A DNA stretch of 62,917 nucleotides, filler included, from Phoronis australis (lineage: Eukaryota > Animalia > Phoronida), in NCBI GenBank assembly GCA_002633005.1. It is 6 parts of 6 records of this genome, joined end to end, with 100 filler letters (N's around TTAATTAATTAA, not from the genome) between each part and the next. Parts side by side here need not be neighbours in the genome. Positions count along the whole stretch, not along the records: positions 25,297 to 46,077 come from NMRA01000209.1; positions 46,178 to 49,184 come from NMRA01003279.1; positions 49,285 to 55,847 come from NMRA01002146.1; 3 more parts are not named here. One strand, 5' to 3'. Position 1 is the first letter of the stretch; every line of letters begins with the position of its first letter. The position numbers and the translations under genes were made by a program. Positions 35,889 through 49,828 of the stretch are shown piece by piece. The notes under the pieces were generated by a model. That model had not been told where the DNA came from, did not search any database, and saw only the letters and a program-made list of their open reading frames with translations.

Positions 35889-38019
35889 AGACCCTATTTA
35901 CGCCCACAGGAGGCGCGTTCCGAAACGAGGCTCGCTACGATAGCTCTCAGTGGTGGCTTATCCGCGTAGTTGTACTCCGGGTTGCTCGAACAGCTAGAAA
36001 AAAGCGGACACTCAACTGTCTGTTTTACAATCCCTAAGGACATTGGAATGCGGAAGCGTTTGGTCCTTGCCATACGCCGCGACGAAAGAAAATATGTCCG
36101 TGTAAANNNNNNNNNNNNNNNNNNNNNNNNNNNNNNNNNNNNNNNNNNNNNNNNNNNNNNNNNNNNNNNNNNNNNNNNNNNNNNNNNNNNNNNNNNNNNN
36201 NNNNNNNNNNNNNNNNNNNNNNNNNNNNNNNNNNNNNNNNNNNNNNNNNNNNNNNNNNNNNNNNNNNNNNNNNNNNNNNNNNNNNNNNNNNNNNNNNNNN
36301 NNNNNNNNNNNNNNNNNNNNNNNNNNNNNNNNNNNNNNNNNNNNNNNNNNNNNNNNNNNNNNNNNNNNNNNNNNNNNNNNNNNNNNNNNNNNNNNNNNNN
36401 NNNNNNNNNNNNNNNNNNNNNNNNNNNNNNNNNNNNNNNNNNNNNNNNNNNNNNNNNNNNNNNNNNNNNNNNNNNNNNNNNNNNNNNNNNNNNNNNNNNN
36501 NNNNNNNNNNNNNNNNNNNNNNNNNNNNNNNNNNNNNNNNNNNNNNNNNNNNNNNNNNNNNNNNNNNNNNNNNNNNNNNNNNNNNNNNNNNNNNNNNNNN
36601 NNNNNNNNNNNNNNNNNNNNNNNNNNNNNNNNNNNNNNNNNNNNNNNNNNNNNNNNNNNNNNNNNNNNNNNNNNNNNNNNNNNNNNNNNNNNNNNNNNNN
36701 NNNNNNNNNNNNNNNNNNNNNNNNNNNNNNNNNNNNNNNNNNNNNNNNNNNNNNNNNNNNNNNNNNNNNNNNNNNNNNNNNNNNNNNNNNNNNNNNNNNN
36801 NNNNNNNNNNNNNNNNNNNNNNNNNNNNNNNNNNNNNNNNNNNNNNNNNNNNNNNNNNNNNNNNNNNNNNNNNNNNNNNNNNNNNNNNNNNNNNNNNNNN
36901 NNNNNNNNNNNNNNNNNNNNNNNNNNNNNNNNNNNNNNNNNNNNNNNNNNNNNNNNNNNNNNNNNNNNNNNNNNNNNNNNNNNNNNNNNNNNNNNNNNNN
37001 NNNNNNNNNNNNNNNNNNNNNNNNNNNNNNNNNNNNNNNNNNNNNNNNNNNNNNNNNNNNNNNNNNNCTGGGGGGGATCCAGGACTTTGAGTTGGGGGGG
37101 GCAAGGCAGAGTATTAGCCAGGATTTTGCCCGTCCTGAACTGCCAAATGGAATCTGGGAGCATTTTAGGGGGAGCGTGGCCTCCTTGGCTCCCCTCTAAA
37201 TCTGCCACTGTGTTCTGTCCAGTTAACTGAAATTGAGCTCTAAAACGATGTTATGCTTTGAACGAAAGAATTAGGTGTTTTAATTTTAAAATTCAACTTG
37301 GTCGAGATTGATATTTGAAAAATGAAATAGACGTAATTATTAAAACCAAGAAAGTAGAATTGATGGTCATATATTTTTTATTTTCAATTGCGAGCCTGGT
37401 TTTTTATCGTAATCAAAATATATATTTAATAACATCAAGTACTATTTCAGATCAATGACAAATCAACTGTTAGTCCCGGTAGTGCCTACCTCCCCAGGAC
37501 CTAGGCTACATGTATGCTTGAAGCTAATAGGCCTACTCTTGATCAACAAATTAAACCAGATGTGACTAATTGCACATGACAGCAAAATACTATGAGCCAC
37601 CACCTGTCGAATATATCTTCAACTCGTCAGCAATACGACCGGATGACCTGGTTTATGTAGAAAGCATTTTTATCAAGAATTTATGAGAAGAAACGTAACC
37701 CTGCATTCAGCATGATACCTAATCCGTAACACTACGTTCGCTGCAATTTGGTCATGTTTACTTTTTATGTTTCGAACCTAGTTTTCCGGAAAAAAACTTA
37801 TATCCTTTCGTCAGACAACTCTCCGGTGCATTCACTTATTCTCTAACTGTATTTTTCTACGTCTCTGTGGTTAATTATTGACATATTTTTTAAGATTTGA
37901 TATTCAGGTTGGACTCCAAAGACCGGCCGTTTAACTCACACAATGTAAATTTCCGCTTTGTATTTCGCATTTAGCCTCGCTTTGGGTTTTAATGTCGGTC
38001 CGCCGCGTGAACTGGGTCT
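35889..38019 (+). mobile_element. ISL2EU-like non-autonomous DNA transposon, copy 2 (spans an N gap)
   Basis: AT|AGACCC.....ACGC and GCGTGAACTGGGTCT|AT; THAP remnant CFTIPKDIGMRKRLVLAIRRDERKYVRV; about 37285-38019 is the reverse complement of about 26503-27240. Confidence 0.68.
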
Positions 38020-38888
38020 ATGAGCAAGGAGTGTCACTCCTTGCTATGAGCGCATGCTCGCATTTATCATGAGTGGGAGGGAGATTAGAAACTCTGTGGT
38101 GACCACAGTTTTTCCTTGGCGCATATTTCAAAATAGTAAATTTGATGATTCTGGAAATTTTCTCACATAGGAAAGTAAATTAGTCTGTAATAGACGTTGC
38201 TAGATGGTACTTTAATATCAGGAATTGTTTAAAAAGATGTTTTTGTAGAGCTTTCGCGTTCCATGCCTCTTTAAAGAGGAACTTTCAGGCTACTTCATTG
38301 TCTCTGTGATAGGTTGGCCACCGCAAGTCATTGAACCGTGTCCAGTAGGTATCGTGACATGGCCGAATAACGCTGTATGCCAGATACGGGCTATGTAAGG
38401 GCAAAGTGTTAGTGCAAAGTTCACCTATTCTGGATTTTTTTGTTGTTTTCACTTTTACAAGTTGTCAGTGAATACAACCACTCTTTGTTTAGTGTATATT
38501 ATGTTAAAATAGCATTCAATTGTCGTTTAGTTCTTGATCGCTATACATTAGCATAGTTATAGGAGCATGGCATCTCTAAGTCCTGGGAACAAAACATTTG
38601 AGATGAACTAGCGTCCTACATAAGTGTTGCGGTTATGACAGTTTTGATAAGAAAATTTTCTTACCACGCGTTCGAGTGCGAGTTTCGTATAGGGGCTTGC
38701 CTAGTATGCGCACTCTCCACATACAAGTGAATTCGCTGAGGGCAACGGCAGAAGGCCAGTCGCAAGTTGTCTGTGTCGCGTGAGTGATTATCAAAGTCAC
38801 CGGCACACAGCGGATGATTCGTGGATTGGAACCTACTGTGTGGCCTAAGCCCGCCTAGCTGGTGCACCGCAGAAGGATGCCTACTGGA

Positions 38889-39447
38889 CCCGCTGGTTCC
38901 GTGCGTGTCTGACCTACTCGCGCTTTAGCATTGGTTGATGTAACCTCAGCAGTCATTGGTTAGCGTTACAACACCGTGAACGAATTTTGGCCTTGTCAAG
39001 AAAGTGGCGTCGCAGCAACTATTTCGTTTCTGCAATGATGTTTTAAAGCCGCGTACTTGAAGCACACTTATACATGCGGCAACTGAATAAACACATATCT
39101 GGCTGCGGATTTAACTGGTGTGTTAATCATATTGTATGAATACAGGACAGTATCGTAAACAAAAGTCATCGACAGTAGACAGATGCACTCCGCCCGAAAA
39201 GGCACTACAGCACAATTTCTAGGATTCCAATTCATGAACCGATAAATTTTAAGCACGGTTTTGTCTGTACAACAGACTTTACATTTTAGTCCATCAGTCA
39301 TGCCAGTTTGTTTGCATAAAGCGCTGCCTAGCTGTTGAGGACTCGACTAGCCAATCAAAAACGCCGGGAAAAAAATTCCCGAGGAAAATGAAGTGATACC
39401 TGCGTGTTGGCTACCGACCACCTAGCAGCACGCAGGGAACCAGCGAG
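38889..39447. mobile_element. Second, uninterrupted copy of the 631-1623 MITE
   Basis: TIRs CGCTGGTTCC and GGAACCAGCG; flanks CCTACTGGA and CCTAGAGGA (7 of 9 match). Confidence 0.78.
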
Positions 39448-39540
39448 CCTAGAGGATAACGTGACGTCATACTTTGAAATATCTCACCCTTTGCAGTTTC
39501 TATTTTCAGTCCACTCCGTCCTTCTGCACGTCAACGCAAC

Positions 39541-39721
39541 ATGTTCAAGCGGAAAGCAGTGTTGATTGTCGCCATAGTCCTGGCCATGCTGCTGGTCGGG
39601 GACATGTGTTCCTACACCGCAGAAGCGAGGGCTAACCCTCGAGCAAAGCGTCGAACTGAACGTAGCCTAGATGATACCTATGTCATTGCCCGATACCCTT
39701 GGGGTGGTAATGGTGACGAAT
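39541..39721 (+). CDS. Small secreted prepropeptide, coding exon 1
   Basis: CAACATG start downstream of a TTTTCAG acceptor; signal peptide MFKRKAVLIVAIVLAMLLVG..., basic site RAKRR, then TERSLDDTYVIARYPWGGNGDE; phase-1 GTGAGT donor at 39722. Confidence 0.7.
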
Positions 39722-39936
39722 GTGAGTAAAAGGCAAATCCTGCCACCTGTGCATACGCATGTATATACTTGCGTACGTACGTATGCATGTATGTGTGTAT
39801 GTATGCATGTACGTGTATGTATGTACGTGTTCACATTGCAGTGCCAGCTCTAAGTGTTTTGGAACTCAGTAATGACGATTGTTCGCCTGATCCCACCGTG
39901 ACAATTTTCAGGCCCTAATCATATCTCCTATACTCT

Positions 39937-40290
39937 TAGAACAAGACTTGTGAGATGCCACATACATTTTGTACTGCTTTACGGATCTGAGAAACGGACA
40001 ATGAATAAAAACCTGGAGACAAAATAGAGGCCTTTGAAATGTGGACATTAAGACGGATGGCAAAAATCAGCGGACAGCGGAACTTAAAGAGACCAACCAA
40101 AAATGTCTGTAACTTGCTCAAAATTAAACCATCACTCCCAAATACAATCCAAACAAGAAAACTGAAATAGTTTGGTCACATTGAAAGTCTTGACACCATC
40201 TGCAAGAACACACCGGAAGGAAAACCAGAAGGTGTGAGAGCAAGAGTTAGACAACACAGAATGTGGATGGACGACATCAAGGACTAGACC
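39937..40290 (+). mobile_element. RTE-type LINE 3' fragment
   Basis: VLLYGSE...KIEAFEMWTLRRMAKIS...RKLK*FGHI...EGK.EG.R...WMDDIK, typical of the post-RT region of RTE elements; lies in the intron of the prepropeptide gene. Confidence 0.8.
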
Positions 40291-40958
40291 GTCGAATCTA
40301 CATGTATCACTGCAAGAATGTACCAGAAAGGCAAAGAGCAGAGCAGACTGGCGGGGCCTTTCATACAGTATTGCATATATTTTGTGCCGTGAGCTGTAGG
40401 CCTACGCTGGGTAATGCGGAGACACGGAAAGCTTCGAGTTGGGCAGGTCGGGCTCTAGCCTAGCGTCTACGATCTATACATTGTACATGTACATGTATCT
40501 GAGCTGGCAACTGACGTCAACGCCGGAACAGTTCACTGAACTAGTCGCTATACGTATACATGCAGTTCACTCTGCTTCCGTATTTTCACGCATGGACGTG
40601 AGTTATGAACTCGGACATTCTTCACTTGAGGCAGACAGCTCAACGCATACACAATAGTTCTCCGTATGTAGTGATCCGTAGTGTTCTTAATTATAATTGG
40701 TAACTCCTTGTACCGGAGGGACTTCACTCGGACTGTTTGAAAGGACGATTCACACTGCCTCGTATACGCAAGTGTGCGATTTTGGCACCTCATACACGCT
40801 GCTTGGGCTTCAGTACCCATAGAATTAATGAATGTACGACGGTTTCTAAGTTTTCGCCCTTTTGGTAAAATAACCGTCTTCTCGAGCTGTCCTTGCTGTC
40901 AAATTCTACATTATTTGTTGCTTAGGAGCTAACAAGTAATATTTCATTTCTTTTTCAG

Positions 40959-40981
40959 CTAACGGCGGTTCGCTATACTGA
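40959..40981 (+). CDS. Small secreted prepropeptide, probable terminal coding exon
   Basis: Strong acceptor (TTTCATTTCTTTTTCAG) with CTAAC branch-like site upstream; adds SNGGSLY*; AATAAA near 41048. Confidence 0.55.
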
Positions 40982-43900
40982 TGACAAGATATTGCGACTT
41001 CAAAGACATTTTGGAATTACTTGTTGCTTGCATACTGGAATGCGACAAATAAAATAAGTGCATTAATATATGCTTAATGTCATGATCTGCGTTATTATTG
41101 CAAGTTCTCTTTAATTGTGTTTGAATAGATGATTTCGTTAGACCGTATTCTGGGAGTTTCCGTCAACATGTCGTCCAAAGAGCTTGTTCTTAAAGTTACG
41201 CAGGACGGAAAATTTTTCAAATTTAGCTTAGTTCGAAACTTCATATGTCAGAAATGACTGATCAAATTCATATGAAGCTTTTTGAAAACATGTTTTACGC
41301 TCTGTTCTCCAAAACTCTGTTAAGTTGCTTTAAAAATGTTAATTTTTGCATGAGGTGCTAACAAATATTTGGGCTTTTATTATTGTTATGGAAAATCAAC
41401 TTGTTCGAAGTTAAAACCTAAACAAAAGGGTACTTTAGAAAACTTCACAGCGTTTTTGAGATTCCACAGTTATCATTTTTAATGTATATCAAATGAAATT
41501 TTTCTCATATTTCTGATACCAATGTTTTGCTTAATGTATTAACTTCTTTTTGTTAAGTTTCAGTAAAATACATACAATGTATTGGCGTGACCCAATGAAT
41601 GGTAGAATGATATAAAATAGAAAATCAAATTTTACAGGCTTTCTATTTTGAGTTCAGAAAATATATTCATGTACTGAGTGATATCTGCGACTTTGCAGAT
41701 ACCGTATCTTGTTAAATACACAACCGGGACCACTGGCGGTGTACCGAGTGCAGCCCACCCCCCCCCCCCAAAAAAAAGGCGTTACAGAGCTCCAAAATCG
41801 TAGTTTGGGGTGCACACACAAATGCAGAAGTTTCACTTTCTTTGTGTTGATCCCTCATATGGGCAAGGGGGTAATCAGCAATTGGTCGGGACTTCAAAAC
41901 CACCGTTGACCGGACTTCACAAGTCGGCTGGACTGCAAACCAAATGGACGAAGTGATCAAACGTGTTATCTGGTGGCCTCACCCAAAAAAATAGTTGGCT
42001 GAACCCAAAACATGATAGCCGCTGGTATAAACAGTTCGCCGGTGATCAAACACCACGGCTGTTCTCGCTTTGAGAAGGAATCAATAGACATCTAGAGGGT
42101 TTTTTGTTACCCATTTGTTTGTTTTGTTCAAAATCGGCGATTTGTTCGGCCATTGTGTTTGAGCACCGGCCAACCCGTTTTAGGTCCGACCAACCAGTTT
42201 TTTGGGTGCTGCCTTCTGGTTTTGAGATACCGACCACCAAGTTAGAACACCGGCCATTGGGTTTTGCACTCCAGCCAGCTGGATCAGACAAGTTGTTTTT
42301 TAGTCCGACCAATTGTTGATTACCCTCTTTATGGCGTGGCTCGTTGTTGTACTTGCCTTGCGACTTATTAGCGAGTGGGAAACGTACGCATCTCTTCGTG
42401 TTTTGCATGCGTTAATCCGTCGGCAAATCAATTAAAACAGGTATGTAGGCAGGTATGTAGTTCATGCCCAGTGCCCTGGCGATCCCAGTCTGAACCTTAA
42501 ACTGTCAGAAGCTAGAAGGTCAGAACTTGAGCTACCCAGCTAGCCCCTTCTCACGTTTTTCAGTGCTGCGCAGCCCATGGTCTACGCGGGGCAGTGCACC
42601 ACAAGGGGGTTGGGGTGAGCTACAGAGGCGTATTCCCGGCGAGGGGCAGGGAGACAGAGGGTAACTGACCACCGGATTTGGGCAAGAATGGGGCAAATCA
42701 ACAGAAAATTGGGTGCGGGAACATCTAATGGAAAAAATGTGGGACCGATAATAAAATAATTCGCGGCATTACTCAGGGGTAGAAGATAAGCTGACGATGA
42801 AATATTTGGCGACCCAAGATGAAATTTTGGGTGACGTCTGGAGGAAATTGGTGAACCGGAGGGTCAACGGTTAGTTTCATAATAATTATTCAAGTGACAA
42901 CACTATCCTAATGTTGACCAATAACTCCGTAGAATCGAATTAGCATCCACTTGTCACTTTATGTGCATTCATTAGAGAAACTGATAGCAGTATCCACGAT
43001 CAAAGAGCATCAACAAAACGGGAAAGATACGCGCACTTGGAGACTTATTCGAGAACGACACAGACAACAGTCGTCGAACCGTTGTGCCGGGATTCCGAAG
43101 CACCTCATTCTCCCTTTCATGCATCGGTCAAGGCAAAATTTCCAGAGCCGAAAAAATAAGATTTTGAAAACGGATCTGCACCAGCTGGGAGAAATACTCA
43201 TGTGTTCTAAAAATACGATAGGACAAAAACAGCGTTTAGGCAATTTTTCGTTTGTTTACATTTACCTCTGTATCTTCAAAGGTTCTCAATGGATTTTCTT
43301 AAAATGTAACAAATAGGCCTCCTAGTGGCAGTAATGTATTTTCCACATCTAGCTCTCAATTTCGTCTTTGCCATTTTCCTCTATTTTTCTGAATTTATTT
43401 GACGGATTTTTGTGATACTTGGCAAATGGCTTTCTATTGAAGAAGCGATTATAAGTTGCCGTGTTTAAGTGGATTCAAATTTTGCGCCATCTAGTGGAAA
43501 TTTCTGTGATACAAACAAACTCCCCTGAATGCTCCCTGTTTGCGGTACCTTCGTGAGAGCTTTTGAAGGCTCCGCGTTGCTCTTGTTAGTTTTAATATGA
43601 TATCACTGGTTTGTGCATTCGTTACCTAGTGTGTGCTCTTGAGTTGCACACCTGTTTGGTGCTAGCTGATTATGCTCTCGGTGTTTTTCTAGCCGGGCTC
43701 GCTAATATTCTCATCTGAAGTACTTTATTAGCAGACATTCCATTTGGGCTTCAGCGACCGCTGGTTCATAAGTTACATCATTTCTATAAAAGCCTAGTTA
43801 TCAGTAAGTCATTATATCATTTCTACACTTTGGTGATTCATTCTATTATTTTGTACTTCTGACCTGATATATGCTCAACTCTAGGACCAGACATTCTTAT

Positions 43901-46900
43901 TATGGCGTACGTTACATTCATTACTGTATTTTACCTTATCTTTCTGCTAATGTTTAAATGTCCTTATGCTATGGTTATTTAGTTTTCTGTATACATAGCC
44001 AAATAAAAAATTGGTCTATTGATGAATCTATTACTGTATTACCTGTATCCTATGTTTAGTGTTGTGCATTGCAATGGCGGATTATCACTTGGCTCCAGAT
44101 GGTGACAAATTTGGATTTCTAAGAATTGTTTCACCTGAGGATTCCGTTAAGATTACATGGCCGGTGCTGGTGACTATTTATGGCATGTTTGGACACAGTT
44201 GAAAATATGTGTAACTGACAGTGAACCCCCTCTCAAACACGTGTTCGTGCAATAAGCCAAGTTGGACACACTACAATTTGAAAAGGTTTGGAATTGGTGC
44301 TTTCTAGTAGTCAATACCTCTACTCTTTCAAGTTTTATAGAGTTCAACACGATTAGGCGACGAACATGTTGACAAATGGACATCGTTTCAAGAAAAGTTG
44401 CCTACAGTGTAATTCTCAGCATTTAGCCAAACACGCGAACCTACATTAAAGTACTTGTTTAATAACTATGTGTTAGCGGTGACCTCATTTTGTCATTCAA
44501 TATTCATCTGAAGACGCTAAAATGGAAAATGATGAACATTTTTATTCGGGCAAGATTGGGCATTCTCAATTGTAAAATATGCCGTAGTCCAGTTCCCATA
44601 GTTATAAAAGGTGCTCTGTAACAATTTAAATTCAACCAGGGTAAATCATTATTTTACGACGCCACGACATGTACAGCACACATCACGATTTTTTGTCCGC
44701 CCGGTCGGAAATTGGTCGACGACCAGCCGTCGACCGGTCGTCTAGCCGACCAGCAGCCGGCCAACAACGTTCGGCTAGGAGCCGTCTGCTGAGTCGCCTC
44801 TGTGGTCGGCACTTGGGTCGGCTAAGTGGTCGCCTAGCGTAAACGACCAATAGCGGAGTTGCAACCGAATCGATTTAACGATTGCGCATGTCCGGAAATT
44901 AGGGTGCGCAAAGGCTACTGGGATTGTTGATGGTAAACGGGATGGCCGACTGGTTTGCACGACGTGTAATTTGTGTGCATTTAACTACGCTGCTGTATGT
45001 AATTCTGCCGATATTCGCCCTAATTAGCGCCCATGGCTCAACAAGTGCCCCAACGCGTTTTCAGACTTTGCTAAAGTAAGCGCCCAGCCCATGAACCACA
45101 TGCGAAAAATGCCCTTACCTACAGTTCTAACGTGTCCAATTTATCAATTGAAAGATCCGACAGCCTGAATTTGTAACGGACCACGAGCCTCACCGTTATG
45201 TCCGTATACACTTCAAACTTACGCCGCGATTCAAAAAGAACGCAGAAGTTTTGCTGCTCTTGNCAACTCCGCTATTCGGATTAAGCGTGTCCTTGGTCGT
45301 CAATTACCATTTTATGACTTTGGACAAACAAACATTTAACTGTTCGCTATTCGTTTACCAGTGGCAACTCCGGTCTTGACATAGGTTTATCAACTATTGA
45401 ATGGAGGTAAAATCGAATCAACCTACAAATACGAAGTGCGTGACATTACACCAGCCTAAAACTGTATGTTGAATTAATGACGGCTTGGTAAAATCAAACG
45501 TTAAGTGATATCGCGGAAGCATAATTTCTAAATTTAGATATGAGACATTATGCACAAAAGCAAGCACGAAATTTGAAATTTACAGTGAAATTGCATAAAA
45601 ATCAGAATACAACACTGGATATTTTACTACCTTAAGTGTTTTCATGCAACGGAATGCTAAACAAGCATCACGCATTTGCGCTCATCCGTTATTGCTCTTG
45701 ATCACCACTTCATCACGCTGCATATTGCGATTTACCACAGATAATTATTGCTTATTTCTGTATAATTTCTTAATATGTTGGTACAGCAATAGAACTCAAG
45801 TTTATTTTAGGAACAACATAAACAATGGTTTGAACATAGCGCCGATATTAAATCATGGGCGCATGAAAACTGAAGACTGTGATCGGTTTATAGTGTCATC
45901 CATCATCATCCTGAAATTGGTGTCACTTTCGCTGTAAAAAATCTTTTCGAAACTAGAGCCTTCCTATCTAGCCAGCTAGTTTTATAAAGACTATTTTCAA
46001 AATACAGCAAGGTGCCACTGCTTATTGAGATCAAACAGACCTCGAAACTTCACACAGCCCAGATAGTTACGCTTGTCNNNNNNNNNNNNNNNNNNNNNNN
46101 NNNNNNNNNNNNNNNNNNNNNTTAATTAATTAANNNNNNNNNNNNNNNNNNNNNNNNNNNNNNNNNNNNNNNNNNNNGTTTATTTTTTCACTGATTATTG
46201 AAATTGTTCTGGTAATGATTATATAACTTGTTGGCCTTGCAACAATATGCAGTAAAATGAGAATGTTGCCTATTCTATTTGCAATAAATTTTATTTTGAT
46301 ATAGAAACCTCAATATTTCATGATGAAAATGTAATTTCAAAGGCTTGGTTCACTTTAAGGTTAAGATCCTTGATCGTCATCTCCTGAAATGGAAAGGTCA
46401 AAGCTCAATATAAGCTGCATATTAGTACGAGCGAACTTGTTGACTGAATACAATCAAAATAACAGTGTGCACAGGTTACAGTGGGCTCATAAAACGTTCT
46501 GTACTTAAAAGTGGAGAGGACTTTTGGAAAGAAAACCTTTTCAAATCTTTCTCCACATTTTTATCAAATCACTATGCAGCCGATCTATGAAACTTCAAAT
46601 CCTAATAGACATATGTCCGAATTACAATGTACGTAGCCGCCCTCGCTCTTGTCCACCCCTCTGTCTCCGAGGACAGTTAAAGCTGAACTTAGATATCTGT
46701 GTGTTTTTTAACATGTACGATTTTTATGTATCCCTTAACTTACGTGCGATGCATGGTTGAACGAAGCGTGAACAACCCCGTTGACTTTAACAGCAGAAAT
46801 TGCAGACGAGGCTCCGAACACTCGGATCGTCTTAAGGGTGAGCGAAGACGTTTCGCCATAACCATCTTTGACTACCTCTGCTTTGATAGACTAAGATTGA

Positions 46901-48240
46901 AGCAAACACGCCATTACTAGTGTGTCATAGACAATTAAATTTGGCAAAAAAATTTAATATCCAGTTAGGTTTGAGTGCTGTGGTAGCAGATCATGAAACA
47001 ATCTTCGAGAATTGGAAATTTGGCCTGTTTGTGGTTGAATTGTGATCAGTTTAATCGATTGCATTCAATTCATATTAACTGGTAATGTGCGCATCCCCCC
47101 ATTTGCCAAAATGGGCAAAAGTGTCCACCCAAGAGAAACAAAAAGTCTGAAAAGGAGTAAACGTGACAAAATTCCACTAAAAATGCAAGAGCTACCAAAA
47201 TTCGGCGAATGCGCAATTCATGTACCTCTGAACTTAACCCGTTTTTTAATAAAAGGTCCACATCTAAAAAATTCGAGCCCCCCATTTTTAGGCTGGGTGC
47301 GGACATGCTGGTGGCAAAAAGTTTTGAACTTTTAACAGAATCGTGAGCTGGTTCACGTATGGTTGATTCTTCAATGAAAATAGGTAGTTTGGATCCATTG
47401 CTGTTACGTAATCGATTAGTACGCCTTCGTGTGGGTATTCTTGCTCATTAGGCGTTTCTTAACTTCTTCACTTGACCAGGCATCATCTACCAATCTGTCA
47501 GGAATCACACAAATATACAACGAAGTAAACCTACACTCAAGCATAGTTAAAATTATTTTAATTCTACCTGATTCGTATAATATTATACTCCTCACATTCA
47601 TATGTTATTCCTAGCTGGTTCTTAACACGATTCCTGTAATTCGTTATCAGTTCTCGACAATATTCGTTTTATTGCAGTAGTATAGCTAACCCTATAGCGC
47701 CTATTGCAAAAGTTTCGCCCATAGAATTTCACGAATACTCACGTACTAAAAAATTAGCCCATAACTGATAATTCGTGGGATTCATGGTGGTAGTGGGACA
47801 GAATATTAATGCCCTGCCTTCAACAGAATGAGCTTACTTACCGACCCACTTGCTGTGTATCTCATCAACGTGTAAAGATCGTTCTCATGTGTTGCTGGAA
47901 GACGAATATTCCATTAATGACAGAAGTGATGGCAAGACATAGGCCCCCTGTGAATTATGTCACGCGGTTCAGGGTGTTTAGCTACATGTACGAACCGTTT
48001 GACTAAAGATACGTTACACCATGATGGCTAGAATTATATAAAGAAACGCCTGACACAAAATGGCGCTCATGGGCTGATTCTTGGAAATTTCCGAAAAATG
48101 TTCAAGATAATGTTCAAATGGCTGACAACAGAATACACCATATCGGAACAAGAATGAGACGCAGCCTCGTTACACTGTGTATATCTGTACACCTATTTGG
48201 TGTAAATGTATTCATTTAAAGTGATTGCACAGTGTATTTA

Positions 48241-48369
<129 letters not shown>

Positions 48370-49289
48370 CTAGTCAACCATTTAAGACATTTGATTGGTT
48401 TGTAAGCCAGAAGTCGTAATCGAGAGCCAACCAAATGTCTTAGCTGGTTGATCGAGCGGAACTGGTGAAGTCAATCAAGTGCAGCCATACCCTCTGACAC
48501 AGCGCCACCTATACTGAAAAGTGAACCTGTGGGCATCAATGCGAATGCTTGGTCGGAAGTTTATCGATCACATCGCCACCAGTTGCACAGGTCTTCTATG
48601 CACTGTACTTGCTTGGGCTTAGCCACGGGATCAGAGTTTCCTTGGTTTTGTTTACTTCGATCACTGCCCGTTTTAATAAATTGAAACTATTTAAGTCAAA
48701 AGTGGTCGCCATACTACGTAACAGCAAACTGAGAGGGGTTTCCCAGACTTTTTCAACCAATGGAAATGACTGAATGTCGGTTTCATTATTTCAACCAATG
48801 ATAAACCATAATAAACACCAATTCCACAGCGCTACGTTTCGTAGCACTGAGAAAGAGTGTATTGCAGCTATAACGAACGGTGATTCGCAAATAATATTTG
48901 GCGAGTTATTGACCTTAAATTGTAAATTGCGCGCTAATTCTTTATCAGTGTGATTGCTTGATCAAATTAATTTGAAACACAACGTATAGTGACGATGTGA
49001 ATATGAAGTAGGTTGACCATTGACAGATGTTTCTGTGAACTACTTTTGTGGCGAAAACGATCCGCCGCAAATCATTGAACCGTGTCCAGTAAGCATGATG
49101 CGGGCTATGTGAGTCTCCGAGGTACGTCATTGGTCAAAGGTCACCTATTCGCAGATTGTTTTGTGTTAACATTTACAAGGTGTCNNNNNNNNNNNNNNNN
49201 NNNNNNNNNNNNNNNNNNNNNNNNNNNNTTAATTAATTAANNNNNNNNNNNNNNNNNNNNNNNNNNNNNNNNNNNNNNNNNNNNTGATG

Positions 49290-49600
49290 ATTCCTCTCGT
49301 GGACCTAATCGCATCATTCCTCCAAGGAGACTATTCGATAATAATCACACGCTGCTCGACCTCTTACCACAGAATCAAGTCTTGTGGCAGAGTTGTTTCC
49401 ACTACACACGGAAGCACTTCTATCTTTCTCCCCAGATCAATTCTCATCTTCCACCTTAACCCGCCATTGATACATAGCTGTTGACGTGTCTTCTTTCTTG
49501 GTTCACTCTCCAAACGAACTGAATTTTCTGCTTGCCTTGGACTGCGCTGCTCCCCTATTCCGCTCGCATCAATGAGATCTGCAATGACTTTCAATACCTA
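49290..49600 (-). mobile_element. Non-LTR retrotransposon fragment with restriction-like endonuclease (Hero/NeSL type)
   Basis: WKMRIDLGRKIEVLPCVVETTLPQDLILW*...VIIIE*SPW resembles W...DL....P..I..T.LRPD..LWS....IIELTVPW. Confidence 0.65.
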
Positions 49601-49828
49601 GGTCGTGACACCATCTCCATCGGTCTTCCTGCAACGCCGTTTTAACGTCCTGCCAGTGTAATGGACAATGCTCCTCTTTTGACACACTACAGACAGGTTG
49701 GTCGTCCAGTAGGTCTCAACGCAGAAGGTGAGTAGGCGATTCTAACAAGAGAGGGAAGTACAAAGTGGATACGCATTGGCTCCATTCTCCAGATGACTCT
49801 CCACCTTGTCTTTGTCCTCTTAGTAAAG

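Noticed and set aside
35970-37208. Long ORFs of 356-409 aa
   Set aside because: Almost entirely N gap; flanks are a THAP remnant and a MITE.
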